From: a virus
Reading direction: 5' to 3' (one strand)
DNA length: 64,000 nt
Virus record (IMG/VR): IMGVR_UViG_3300045049_000234
Coordinates: 32,001 to 96,000 of that record
The notes under the pieces are model-generated. The model saw only the letters and a list, made by a program, of their open reading frames with translations, ran no database searches and was not told the DNA's origin. Each line of letters begins with the position of its first letter. Position 1 is the stretch's first letter. Position numbers and translations under genes: made by a program. Shown one piece after another: positions 44,497 through 53,860 of the stretch.

Positions 44497-44716
44497 CATC
44501 GCCCCGGGACCGCGACACGTGGACCGGGGCGAATGCCAAGCGCAACGCACCGAGAGGAACCCACCCCACCCCCTAGACTTCACAGATTCCGCCGTCGAGC
44601 GCCACGGTTGGGTTCCTCCGCGCTCCGGCGGGACGCCGTCCCGGTTTCCTCCATTCGCGGGACGGCACCCGATCACCCCCGGTTTGCACATGGTGCACCG
44701 GGGGTGATCGCTTTGT
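44497..44716 (+). ncRNA. Candidate small RNA with two anti-Shine-Dalgarno loops
   Basis: Extended -10 TGCTACGCT (44483-44491), no credible ORF, hairpin loops containing GGGUUCCUCC and UUUCCUCC, terminal hairpin plus CUUUGU. Confidence 0.5.
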
Positions 44717-44791
44717 AACCCCTTGATTATGCTAACCTATACGGGAGAACATCGCGCAGCTCAGCGCATGAAACAACCGGTGAGGAACCCC

Positions 44792-45043
44792 ATGGACTCT
44801 GTCCCTTTCGTCGTGAAGTTGGTGGCCGCTGACGCCGTCGCGATGGCCATCTTGGTGCTGGTGATGGCGGCGTACGCGATCGGCGCCCTGTGGTACGCCG
44901 TACGCCGCGTATGGGCACGCGTCCGGCTGGCGCGCGATGTGCGCAACCTGGAGTTCGGATCGTGCGACGGGTTGCCCCGGCGCCGCATCCGCTACCTGGT
45001 GGACGAGCTGTGGTCCATCGACGATCCGGCGCGCATGGACTGA
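44792..45043 (+). CDS. Membrane protein
   Basis: GAGGAACCCC-ATG; TM helix. Confidence 0.6.
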   Translation: MDSVPFVVKLVAADAVAMAILVLVMAAYAIGALWYAVRRVWARVRLARDVRNLEFGSCDGLPRRRIRYLVDELWSIDDPARMD

Positions 45044-45096
45044 CGCGCACCGGCGCGTATGGTACGCTACGGCACCCGAGCGGAGGAGGAACCGCC

Positions 45097-45453
45097 ATGC
45101 CGCTGCCCATCAAGACAGCCGTCCGCATCGGCGGCGCGCACACCGTGCGCGCCGTGCTGGCCACCATGTCGTTCGCCGCCGACGACGTGTCCAACCTCGT
45201 CGGTCAGGACGTGGACCCGCTGATCCGGATCGACACCGCCCCGTCCGACGACGCCTACCCCGCCGCGCGGGTCGTCCTGACGTTCTACTACGTGCCGCCC
45301 GCCGGTCCGCCGGTGCAGCACCACGTGGAGGTCGGTGTTCCCGGCTACATCTTGTGGGACGGTCACCGCCTGGACGCGGTGACGCCGCGCGCCTTCGCGC
45401 AGCAGTACGAGGTGGTCTCGCGCTACACCCCGCCGCCCCGCCATTTGGGTTGA
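45097..45453 (+). CDS. Hypothetical protein
   Basis: GGAGGAGG RBS. Confidence 0.65.
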   Translation: MPLPIKTAVRIGGAHTVRAVLATMSFAADDVSNLVGQDVDPLIRIDTAPSDDAYPAARVVLTFYYVPPAGPPVQHHVEVGVPGYILWDGHRLDAVTPRAFAQQYEVVSRYTPPPRHLG

Positions 45454-45478
45454 CCCTGCTAACACATCGGCGTACGAT
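45450..45478 (+). promoter_or_regulatory. Conserved phage promoter
   Basis: TTGACC-CTGCTAAC..-TACGAT. Confidence 0.75.
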
Positions 45479-45521
45479 AGTCCCGTGCCGCGCGGAGGAC
45501 CGGCACAGGAGGGAACCCCCG

Positions 45522-45707
45522 ATGAAGGTCAAGATCACGGTGGTGATCGACGTGGACGACGACGCCTGGCGCTGCGAGTATGGCACCGACGACGCCACCC
45601 CCGCCGGTCTGCGCGCCGACATCAAGAGCTATTTCGAGGGCGAGATCATGTCGAGCTACCCGGTCATGTCCGGGATCGCCCGCCGCGCCAGCACCACCAC
45701 CCGCTAG
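45522..45707 (+). CDS. Hypothetical protein
   Basis: AGGAGGGAACCCCCG-ATG. Confidence 0.65.
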   Translation: MKVKITVVIDVDDDAWRCEYGTDDATPAGLRADIKSYFEGEIMSSYPVMSGIARRASTTTR

Positions 45708-45774
45708 AACACACCGACCGGCCGCACCGGAGCCCCACGCCCGGTGCGGCCACGTATACGGAGGAACCCGCCCC

Positions 45775-46134
45775 GTGGACTTCTCGGCATTGGAACTGAC
45801 GAACGAGGACAAGGATGCCTTGAACGCGTTCGCCGCCGCGTGCGTGCTCAAGGGCATGACGCCGGATCAGATCATCTTCGCGTTCAAGGCGACCAGGCCG
45901 CTCACGCTCCAGTTCGCCAAGCGGTACACGGAGCTGATCCACGACGCCATCGACGGCCTGGGCGCGCGCATCCACCAGACGGACGACGTGTGGACGGCGG
46001 GATTCCTCGGCGGACTGGCCGCCGCGATGACCATCGTGGACCACGGCCCGGACGCCGCCGACCAGTACACCCCCGGGTTCATGGCCGAGGCGCGTGCCGC
46101 CATCCTGGCCAGCATGGGGGTCACGCAGCCGTGA
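45775..46134 (+). CDS. Hypothetical protein
   Basis: GGAGGAACCC RBS plus GTG. Confidence 0.65.
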   Translation: MDFSALELTNEDKDALNAFAAACVLKGMTPDQIIFAFKATRPLTLQFAKRYTELIHDAIDGLGARIHQTDDVWTAGFLGGLAAAMTIVDHGPDAADQYTPGFMAEARAAILASMGVTQP

Positions 46135-46751
46135 AGAAGCCGAAGATCCTCGACAAGGCGCGCGACGCCGGGATCGGCGTGCTGCGCACCTACGGCGACA
46201 TCATCATGCGGTCCGGCATGGGCGGCCGATTCCCCCGGTTCGCGCACTACGCCCGCCGGTTCACTCCGATGATCCTCGTCGGCGCCGTCGCGTGGTCGTA
46301 CATCCCGGTGCACGGCAACCCGATGTGGTGGCGCGCGGCGTCCGTCGTGTTCGTGTGGGCGATGGTCTATGCGCTGTGGAGCGGCTTGGCGCACACGGCC
46401 CGCTTGTGCGAGTACTGCATCCGCGAGTTCCCCGTCAACGGTTCCGAGTTGGCGGCGGCGCGCCGTGGACGGCTGCGTATGTACCACCGGCACGGAAACA
46501 AGTGGCTGATCATCCCCATCGTGTGCGAGCTGGCGATCAACTACACCGGCCCGCACGTGGGACTGCGCGGGATGCCGCTGGTGGCCGCGTGGACGCCGTT
46601 CGGGCTCGCCTACGCCTGGGCGCTGTACCGCTACCACCTCACCCACGACCGGCTCCAGGCGTGGTGCCCCTACTGCCGCCACAACCGCCCCCCGGAGGAC
46701 GCGCCGGAGCCGACGCCGGACCCGTCGCAGAATCGGCCGGTGCCCGCATGA
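46131..46751 (+). CDS. Multi-pass membrane protein with CxxC motifs
   Basis: About 4 TM segments; CEYC, CPYC. Confidence 0.65.
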   Translation: MKKPKILDKARDAGIGVLRTYGDIIMRSGMGGRFPRFAHYARRFTPMILVGAVAWSYIPVHGNPMWWRAASVVFVWAMVYALWSGLAHTARLCEYCIREFPVNGSELAAARRGRLRMYHRHGNKWLIIPIVCELAINYTGPHVGLRGMPLVAAWTPFGLAYAWALYRYHLTHDRLQAWCPYCRHNRPPEDAPEPTPDPSQNRPVPA

Positions 46752-46975
46752 AATCGGCGGCGGCGTGGATGGCGGCGGCCTTCGGGTTCTTCCTCGCGGA
46801 GGTCGGTACCGTGAAGATTCCGATGCCGACAGTCGCCCACGTCGTCGTCATGTCGTGGTGTTACTTCCTCATCATGGTGTGCGTGTGCGTGTCGAATGTC
46901 ATCGTCGCGCGCACCGTCCGGCAACACGCCCGTATGACCGAGAACGATCTGGATACCGATGAATACGCTCACTGA
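46748..46975 (+). CDS. Membrane protein
   Basis: Two TM segments, ATGA coupling. Confidence 0.55.
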   Translation: MKSAAAWMAAAFGFFLAEVGTVKIPMPTVAHVVVMSWCYFLIMVCVCVSNVIVARTVRQHARMTENDLDTDEYAH

Positions 46976-47312
46976 CATCCCGCCGACCGACACCGCCACG
47001 CTGCCGACGGTGCCGATCGAGTACACCCCCGCCGAACGGGTGTGGCAGGCGCTGCGCCACATCGAGGCCAACCCGGCGCAGTGGGATCAGGACAGTTGGA
47101 CGCGATGCCTGGCCGGATGGACGCTGCGCCTGTCCGGGCGCAACGTCTACCGCATGCACTATGACGAGGTCTACCGGGAGTTTCGCCGGTTGACCGGACT
47201 GGGGCGCTGGCGCGCGAACGCGATCACCCGCGCCCGCAATGACCTGCCGACGCTGCGCCGCCTGACGCGCCGCTACTTCGGGGACGATCCGTGGCAGACG
47301 CCCCGTGGATGA
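46959..47312 (+). CDS. Hypothetical protein
   Basis: HIEANP.QWDQ.SW..CLAGW motif. Confidence 0.6.
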   Translation: MNTLTDIPPTDTATLPTVPIEYTPAERVWQALRHIEANPAQWDQDSWTRCLAGWTLRLSGRNVYRMHYDEVYREFRRLTGLGRWRANAITRARNDLPTLRRLTRRYFGDDPWQTPRG

Positions 47313-47544
47313 CGACACGCGCGCCAGGCGCATGGTCTCGGTGGCGATGGTGGTCTCGATGATGGTCGTGATCATCGCCAGTTCGGTGTTCGTCTGGATG
47401 GTCGCGTCCATCATCGGACTCGGGTTCCCGTGGCGGGAAGTGACGGCGCTGACCTGGGCGACGTGGCACGCCTACCACGCGCAGCGCGACATGGAGGAGT
47501 CCGGGTTCATGTGGCCGTGGCACGAGCAGTACCGTCGTCGTTGA
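47305..47544 (+). CDS. Membrane protein
   Basis: Long hydrophobic segment. Confidence 0.55.
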   Translation: MDDDTRARRMVSVAMVVSMMVVIIASSVFVWMVASIIGLGFPWREVTALTWATWHAYHAQRDMEESGFMWPWHEQYRRR

Positions 47545-47579
47545 ATACGCTACGTTAGCGGACTTTCGAGGAGGTCCCC

Positions 47580-48065
47580 GTGTTCTGGCTCACCCGCAGG
47601 CCGAAGCCCACGCCGCCGCGCCGTCCCGCGCGGATCGGCCGTACCGCCGTGGCCGTACGGCCGCCGGTGGACCCGTCGCGGCGCCCCACGGCCATTCCCG
47701 CGCCCGGCGCGCCGTCCGTGGTCGTCTACGACGCCGGGACCGCATTCGACCCGGAACTGGCCGAAGGCGACACGGCGTTCTGCTCCGTCGGGTTCCGCAT
47801 GTTTCTGACCTCCGCACTGCGCGAGATGGACGGCGCGTTCCGCCAAGGCGTGCACTACCGCGCCGGACTGCGCCAGGTGGAGAACGCCCGGCGCGCCGAA
47901 CAGTGGGCGCGGCGCACCGCGCGCAACCAGGACGCCGCCGCGCACGCCGCCGGGGGGCTGACGCTGTCCACTTCCCCGCGCATCGCACAGACCATCGTGG
48001 CGCGCGCACTGCATGCCAGCGACGCCACGGCGGATACCGGTCTGCTCCCGGCGGTGGCGCCGTGA
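47580..48065 (+). CDS. Hypothetical protein
   Basis: GAGGAGG RBS. Confidence 0.6.
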   Translation: MFWLTRRPKPTPPRRPARIGRTAVAVRPPVDPSRRPTAIPAPGAPSVVVYDAGTAFDPELAEGDTAFCSVGFRMFLTSALREMDGAFRQGVHYRAGLRQVENARRAEQWARRTARNQDAAAHAAGGLTLSTSPRIAQTIVARALHASDATADTGLLPAVAP

Positions 48066-48364
48066 CCCCCATCGAAAACTGCCCGCACTGCGGCGTCAGC
48101 CTGCTGGGCGACCCGATCGACCCCGCGAAGGTGTACACCGAGGAGGAGTACGCGCTGCCGTGGCACGATCGCCCCGAAGGCAAGTACTACCCGCCCGGCT
48201 CCACCCACTTCAAGCGCACCATCGGCGTGGAGATCCAGGGCGTGTACGACGGCGTCTTGTTCTACAAGTGCCCCGACTGCAACGGCCGGTGGCACCGGTG
48301 GTCCATGGAAACCTGGCCGCAGCGCTACCGCGACGCCGAGCCGTACGTGAACGGGGAGAAGTGA
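48062..48364 (+). CDS. Zinc-ribbon protein
   Basis: CPHCG...YDGVLFYKCPDC. Confidence 0.65.
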   Translation: MTPIENCPHCGVSLLGDPIDPAKVYTEEEYALPWHDRPEGKYYPPGSTHFKRTIGVEIQGVYDGVLFYKCPDCNGRWHRWSMETWPQRYRDAEPYVNGEK

Positions 48365-48954
48365 GCGAGGAAGACCCCCGCGACACGGTCACGCGCATGG
48401 CCGACGCGCTTGACGCGATGCTCGCCGCCGACGATGCCAACACCCAGCGCATCGCAGAGCTGGAGGAGTACGTCAAGGAGCTGGAGGCGGACAACGTGCG
48501 GATGACCACCGGCCGCACCGCCGCCGAGGAACGCGTCAAGGATCTGACCACCGAGCTGCGCGGAGTGAAAAAGGTGCTCAGCGCGGCGGACAAGCAGCTT
48601 GCCGACATCCGCAAGAAGGAGATCGATCCGCTCGCCGAACAGGTCGCGCTGCTGAAAGCCGAGTTGGCCGCGATGCGCGAGGCGGCCGACACCGCCGATG
48701 CCAACGTGATCGCCTACCGGTTCCCGGTGCCGGGCGCGCCGGACATCGTAGTGCGGTGGCGCGGCGGCGCATGGTGGTCCGTCACGGACGGCCGCAACCA
48801 CGTGTGGACGGTGGCGCATGGATGGCTTCCCGACACCGTGGAACTGCGTGCGGCACACCCCGAACAGGTGCGGTTCAGCCGTGCCGACGCATTGATGCAC
48901 GCGCAGAACCTGATGGAGGCTGCGCGCCGGAAGAACCCTGAGAGGAACCCGTAA
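48361..48954 (+). CDS. Coiled-coil protein
   Basis: Heptad-rich N-terminal half. Confidence 0.6.
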   Translation: MSEEDPRDTVTRMADALDAMLAADDANTQRIAELEEYVKELEADNVRMTTGRTAAEERVKDLTTELRGVKKVLSAADKQLADIRKKEIDPLAEQVALLKAELAAMREAADTADANVIAYRFPVPGAPDIVVRWRGGAWWSVTDGRNHVWTVAHGWLPDTVELRAAHPEQVRFSRADALMHAQNLMEAARRKNPERNP

Positions 48955-49817
48955 TGCAGGTCGATGTGACGGATGAGTGCCGCGCGGGGGAGATCATGCG
49001 CGGCAACGTGGAACAGGCGGCGAAGGAGGTGATCGACGCCGTGGAGAGCGTCAGCGAGCTGCGCCTGCCCCCGGCGGTGAACGTGCGGCTGGTCTCGCCT
49101 CGATCCCTGCGCCAGGTCAACACGGAGCTGTTCGGCGCGATCTTCGCCACGATCGACCGGCGCCACCCGGAGCTGCCCGGCGATCAGGTGCAGGTCGCGC
49201 GCATCGCGGCCGGTGTCGTGTCCCGGCTGACCATGTCTATGTTCTGGCGCGGTATCGGCGGCCAGTACATCCCGAAGATAGGCGACGCCCCGGCGCAGGT
49301 GCTGATCATGCCGAGGGCGCTGCGCCTGTCGCGCGCCACCGACCGCGAACTGCGTGTGATCCTGGCTCACGAACTGACCCACGGCGCACAGGACCGCGCG
49401 TGCCCGATGATGACCGTGGACGGCATCGCGCAGGTGATCGCGATCCCGACTAAGGACGTGCGCGCCGCGAAGTCGAAGCTGGCGCAGATCAGCCCCGTGA
49501 TCGAAGGGCACGCGCAGTGGGTCCACCTGCGCGTGTGCAACGAGCTGTTCGGGTTGGACATGCGCGGGCGCGAGCACCGGTTCGACGGCAACGGCGCATG
49601 GTCGTACCGCATGTCCAAGGCGATGGCCCGGCACAACCCGGTGATGCGCGCCAAGGCGGGCGACTACGACAAGGGCGAGTACTTCATCGACTACTTGCAT
49701 TCGGTCGGCGGCATGCGCATGGTCAACCGGCTGTGGCGCGGCCTGACCTCGATGCCCGACGCCACGGAGCTGACGGTCCCGGAGATGTGGGTCGATCGGG
49801 TGGCGCCTGATGCCTGA
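48954..49817 (+). CDS. Zincin-like metallopeptidase (DUF2342-like)
   Basis: LAHELTHGAQ, IEGHA, Y.KGE.F, P..WV.RV. Confidence 0.78.
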   Translation: MQVDVTDECRAGEIMRGNVEQAAKEVIDAVESVSELRLPPAVNVRLVSPRSLRQVNTELFGAIFATIDRRHPELPGDQVQVARIAAGVVSRLTMSMFWRGIGGQYIPKIGDAPAQVLIMPRALRLSRATDRELRVILAHELTHGAQDRACPMMTVDGIAQVIAIPTKDVRAAKSKLAQISPVIEGHAQWVHLRVCNELFGLDMRGREHRFDGNGAWSYRMSKAMARHNPVMRAKAGDYDKGEYFIDYLHSVGGMRMVNRLWRGLTSMPDATELTVPEMWVDRVAPDA

Positions 49818-50187
49818 CCGCTCCCGCGCGGAGCTGCTGGCGATCCTGGCCGCGCAGGAACCGCACGACTACCGCGCCCGCGACCTGCCGTTCCCCGCCG
49901 TCGTGATGAACGCCCGGTGCCCCGGCTGCGGCGTCGTGTGGGACTACGACGAGGACGGCGACGGCTACGGCGTGTGGACCGTGGACGGCGTCCTGTGGTG
50001 TTCGGCGGAGTGCTGGGTCAACAGGTACAGGACGCTGAACCGTGCGGTGAAAGAAGCCATCAAGGCGTTCATCACGCGGTCCCCGGAAGTGCCCGCCGAC
50101 GCCGCGATTGGATCGATGCGCAACGCGATCATGAACGCGGCGTTCCCGACGGGAAAGGTCACGGGTGATGGTGGACCTGCTCAGTGA
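49810..50187 (+). CDS. Hypothetical zinc-binding protein
   Basis: CPGC...CSAEC. Confidence 0.55.
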   Translation: MPDRSRAELLAILAAQEPHDYRARDLPFPAVVMNARCPGCGVVWDYDEDGDGYGVWTVDGVLWCSAECWVNRYRTLNRAVKEAIKAFITRSPEVPADAAIGSMRNAIMNAAFPTGKVTGDGGPAQ

Positions 50188-50755
50188 CGCCGGACGCGCC
50201 GGGATCATCCGGCGCAACGCGGCATCGGAACGCCTGTATACCGACGAAGAGTTCGAGGCGGCGCGCCAGGCGTACATCCGTGAGAGGGGATCGGACCCGC
50301 TCATCGACGACACGGCGGTCACCGGCTGGCACAGCGGCACGTACCACCGCACCCGGTGGTGGTGGACGCCGCCATGGCAGCTCACCCGCCCGTGGCTGCC
50401 GTACATCGGCCGTTCCCGTCACGGCGACGAGTGGTGCAACTCAACACTCTTCATCATCCTGCCGTTCATGCTGGGCTCGCTGACGATCCGCTACGGACGC
50501 AAGCTACGCACCCGCGCGGACGGTTCGTGCGACGAGATCGTGGCGGGCAACGGGTACCCCAACTGCCCGCTGTGCGGCTTCGACCACTGGCCGTCCTGTG
50601 TGCCGCAGCGCATCGTGTGCGAACGCTGCGGGCGCAAGTTTGGCGACGTGGGCGACACCGGCAAGTTCGCCCGACAGGACGGGCCACACACCCGGGACGG
50701 CTTCCTGTACTGCTCCGATAAGTGTGCTGACCACACCACGGCCAGCCTGCTGTAA
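50168..50755 (+). CDS. Hypothetical protein (TM plus Cys clusters)
   Basis: CPLC, CERC, CSDKC. Confidence 0.55.
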   Translation: MVDLLSDAGRAGIIRRNAASERLYTDEEFEAARQAYIRERGSDPLIDDTAVTGWHSGTYHRTRWWWTPPWQLTRPWLPYIGRSRHGDEWCNSTLFIILPFMLGSLTIRYGRKLRTRADGSCDEIVAGNGYPNCPLCGFDHWPSCVPQRIVCERCGRKFGDVGDTGKFARQDGPHTRDGFLYCSDKCADHTTASLL

Positions 50756-50776
50756 CCGATTGATGGAGGAACCCCT

Positions 50777-51454
50777 TTGAAGAAGATCATCATGGCGATC
50801 GTCGCCGCGCTCATGGCCGCGTCGGCGCTGACCGCCTGCACCAGCGGCACCACCGGCGGGAATCAGGACACGAACCCGGCGCCGACCCAGAACTCCGAGT
50901 GCCGTGGCTACACCTTCGACCCGCCGGGGTGCCCCGACTCCACGGCCAAGGCCGCGCCGCCGTCGGTGTCCACCGTCAAGGCCAACCCTCCGGCGACCAA
51001 CCCCGGCGTGGGCCACGTGTCGGGCATCTGCCGCTTCAGCATCCAGAGCCCGAGCGGCGACAAGGGCGTCGAAGGATCGGGGCTGCGGCCCAAGAAGATG
51101 AACGAGACTCTGATCAACATCGTCGGTTTCGTCTACGGGTACTGCACCGACATCATCCACGACTTTACTCTGGACATGCACATCTACGGCGGCCCGCCCG
51201 GGACCGCTCAGGGCGGCACCGACTTCACCAAGAACAAGCGCGCGCACGAACTGGTCTACCGGGAAGTGAAGACGCCGATTCCCGGACCGATTCCCGTGCC
51301 GTACGCCATCACCATGCCGTGCGTGCCCGGACTGGAGATGCAGTTGATTTACACACTGACGGCTCGCGACGACCCGGGCAACTTCATCGGCGGCGGCCCG
51401 TACGGCGGCAACATCGTGTCGTTCACCCGCGAGCAGTGCGGCGCGGCGACATGA
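50777..51454 (+). CDS. Lipoprotein, paralog A
   Basis: Signal peptide with lipobox LTAC. Confidence 0.75.
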   Translation: MKKIIMAIVAALMAASALTACTSGTTGGNQDTNPAPTQNSECRGYTFDPPGCPDSTAKAAPPSVSTVKANPPATNPGVGHVSGICRFSIQSPSGDKGVEGSGLRPKKMNETLINIVGFVYGYCTDIIHDFTLDMHIYGGPPGTAQGGTDFTKNKRAHELVYREVKTPIPGPIPVPYAITMPCVPGLEMQLIYTLTARDDPGNFIGGGPYGGNIVSFTREQCGAAT

Positions 51455-52077
51455 TCAACAAGGCCATCATCGCCATCGCCGTCGCGGCGACGCTCGCCGC
51501 CTGCACCAGCGGCACCGGCGCCACCGGCGGTCAGCAGAACCCCGTTCCGGCCAAGCAATCATGCGCGCCCGGCGATAACAACTATTCGTGGTGCATCAAC
51601 AACCCGGACAACGGTCCCACGCTCTATCCGGCCCCGCTTCCGGCCAACACCGTCAAGTCGAAGGCCACTAACCCCGGCGTCGGCCAGGTCACCGGCGTGT
51701 GCCATTTCTCCATCATCGGTCCGATGCCGGACTCGACCGGCGACAGCGGCATCCGGGTGGAGAAGCAGAGCGTGTTGGTCTACATCGCCTTCGGCACGAT
51801 CTGGGGCTACTGCACCGACACGATGCACGACTTCGTCCTTGACGTGTATCTCGCGTACAACGGGAAGCAGGTGGCCCACGTCCCGTTCAAGGGATCGCCG
51901 GGGCCGGTCAACACGTCACACATCGTGTCAACGCATTGCGTGCCGGGCACCTATCAGATCGCCGCGCAGTACGTCGGCAAAGACCCTGCGGGCAACATCA
52001 TCACCGGGCAGCTCGGCGGCAAGCCGAAGTACCTCAGCGCGGCGGACTGCGGATTGAACCCCGCCGGGAGCCACTAG
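51451..52077 (+). CDS. Lipoprotein, paralog B
   Basis: Lipobox LAAC; shares ATNPGVG.V.G.C.FSI, GYCTD..HDF.LD, CVPG, DP.GN.I with paralog A. Confidence 0.75.
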   Translation: MINKAIIAIAVAATLAACTSGTGATGGQQNPVPAKQSCAPGDNNYSWCINNPDNGPTLYPAPLPANTVKSKATNPGVGQVTGVCHFSIIGPMPDSTGDSGIRVEKQSVLVYIAFGTIWGYCTDTMHDFVLDVYLAYNGKQVAHVPFKGSPGPVNTSHIVSTHCVPGTYQIAAQYVGKDPAGNIITGQLGGKPKYLSAADCGLNPAGSH

Positions 52078-52320
52078 CACATGGATTACGGATCATGGGA
52101 GGAGCTGCGCGCCGCGACCGTCGGCGCGCAGCCGCCCCGCGCGCTGGACGTGACCATTTACCCGCCGCACAAGCGCGGCGACGGGCGCGCACAAGTGCAT
52201 CGCGGCGTTGCAGCGGGGGGAGGAGTGCAAGGGGACGCGGATGTGCGCGGATGTGGCGGCCAAGGCGTTCATCCCGGTGACGTGGGTTCCCGCGCCGCCC
52301 GACTCCGCAGGTGGTATCGC

Positions 52321-52350
52321 TTGACTCCGCTATCCGTCCGGGGATAGGAT
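52321..52350 (+). promoter_or_regulatory. Conserved phage promoter
   Basis: TTGACT-CCGCTATC..-TAGGAT. Confidence 0.75.
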
Positions 52351-52401
52351 GTCCGTAGGACGCCGGGACGAGGAACCCGGCACCGGCGGAAGGAACCCGA
52401 G

Positions 52402-52776
52402 ATGGCCACCGAGACGATGGACGCGATCGACCGGGCGCGCAGCTACGGCGTGCGGATGGACGAGGCGCTGAACAGCGCCGAGATCGACGAGCTGCGCGAG
52501 AGCGTCAACCACGGCGTGACCGTGATGTGGAACGACAAGCGGCTGGCCCGGGTGCTGCGACTGCGACTGATCGGCTGCTCGCGGGACTACCCGTTTTGGG
52601 ACGTCTCGTACTGCTACGGCGAGCTGAAGGACGGCACCCGCTGCCGCGTGCAGATGCCGGGCCGCATCAACCGGAATTGGAAGGCGCACCTGGTGCAGAT
52701 GGCCTGCCGCGACGGCGTGTTCGCCAAGGGGCTGGGCCTGCTGGACGAGGGCGTGGTGAGCCGCCTGTACGGCTAG
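52402..52776 (+). CDS. Hypothetical protein
   Basis: RLRL......PFWDVSYCYG motif; self-contained cassette. Confidence 0.7.
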   Translation: MATETMDAIDRARSYGVRMDEALNSAEIDELRESVNHGVTVMWNDKRLARVLRLRLIGCSRDYPFWDVSYCYGELKDGTRCRVQMPGRINRNWKAHLVQMACRDGVFAKGLGLLDEGVVSRLYG

Positions 52777-52784
52777 GCGCCCCC

Positions 52785-52830
52785 GACCAGGAACGCCCCA
52801 GGCAACCGCCGGGGCGTTCCTGGTCTTTCC
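52785..52830 (+). terminator. Intrinsic terminator
   Basis: GACCAGGAACGCCCC..GGGGCGTTCCTGGTC-TTT. Confidence 0.75.
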
Positions 52831-52832
52831 CC

Positions 52833-52861
52833 TTGACTCTACTAACATCCTGCGGTACCGT
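52833..52861 (+). promoter_or_regulatory. Conserved phage promoter
   Basis: TTGACT-CTACTAAC..-TACCGT. Confidence 0.75.
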
Positions 52862-52910
52862 AGTACCAACGGACCGGGAGAGGAACCCGGACCCGACGGA
52901 AGGAACCCCG

Positions 52911-53471
52911 ATGACCGCCACCGCCACGCAGACCGCCGGAACCTACCAGGGCAAGACCGCCGACCAGTGGCGCACCGAGGCCCGCGAGATGATGGCCCGC
53001 CGCGAAGAGTCGTGGGAGCGCAGCGACACCGACGGATTCGTCAGCCAGTGGGCGCTCGGCTCGCTGTCGGAGAACTACCGCCTGTGCGCGCAGCTCGCCG
53101 AGGCCGACGGCCTGACCGAGGTGTGCGCGCTGTTCGACCTGGAGGGCAACCTGGTCCCCTCGGTCCACGGATGGGGCCAGTACGGCGAGTACTTCGCGAT
53201 CCTGGACAACGACGAGCGCGGCTGCGCCCGGTTCTTCAACCCCTCCCGCGCCAGGAACGAGGCGACCGCGCGCAAGAACAACGCGACCAAGGGCTTCTAC
53301 ATCGGCACCGTGCGCACCGCCGGGAAGGTCGAACTACTCGGCGGCGGCACCGGTCTGAGCGGATGCGCCAGTTCGTACAACGCGATCGTGGCGCAGACCT
53401 ACAGCAACAAGAACGGTACGACGCTGATCACCGCCGAGCAGGTCGTGGAGGTCATCGACAACGGCCGGTGA
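52911..53471 (+). CDS. Hypothetical protein
   Basis: ESWERSDTDGFVSQWA motif; self-contained cassette. Confidence 0.7.
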   Translation: MTATATQTAGTYQGKTADQWRTEAREMMARREESWERSDTDGFVSQWALGSLSENYRLCAQLAEADGLTEVCALFDLEGNLVPSVHGWGQYGEYFAILDNDERGCARFFNPSRARNEATARKNNATKGFYIGTVRTAGKVELLGGGTGLSGCASSYNAIVAQTYSNKNGTTLITAEQVVEVIDNGR

Positions 53472-53668
53472 CAAGCCGGACGGCCCGCGTTCCGAACAGG
53501 GGGGAACGCGGGCCGTCCCCACCATCGCCGCCCGCCCCGGTTCCACCACGCCGGGGCGGGCGGTTCGCCGTTTGACACGCCCTGACCTGTACCGAAGAAT
53601 CAGATCCAGAGTGGCACCCCTTTGACCACGGCACCTTGAAGGGGTGCCTTTCGCATGCGTGGGGGTAT

Positions 53669-53860
53669 ATGGATCACTACTTCACACCCGGCGAACTCGC
53701 GCAGTTCTTCCACATCCCCACCGGCACCGTCTACCGTTGGGCCAGCGAGGACGGCATCACGCGCCGCCGCATCAACCCCGGCAACCGCGTGGTCTACCGG
53801 TTCGAGGACTTCCGCACCGCCTACGAGAAGAGGCACAGAGATGAGCAACCTGCTGCATGA
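53669..53860 (+). CDS. HTH DNA-binding protein (excisionase/MerR-like)
   Basis: FTPGELAQFFHIPTGTVYRWAS. Confidence 0.7.
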   Translation: MDHYFTPGELAQFFHIPTGTVYRWASEDGITRRRINPGNRVVYRFEDFRTAYEKRHRDEQPAA

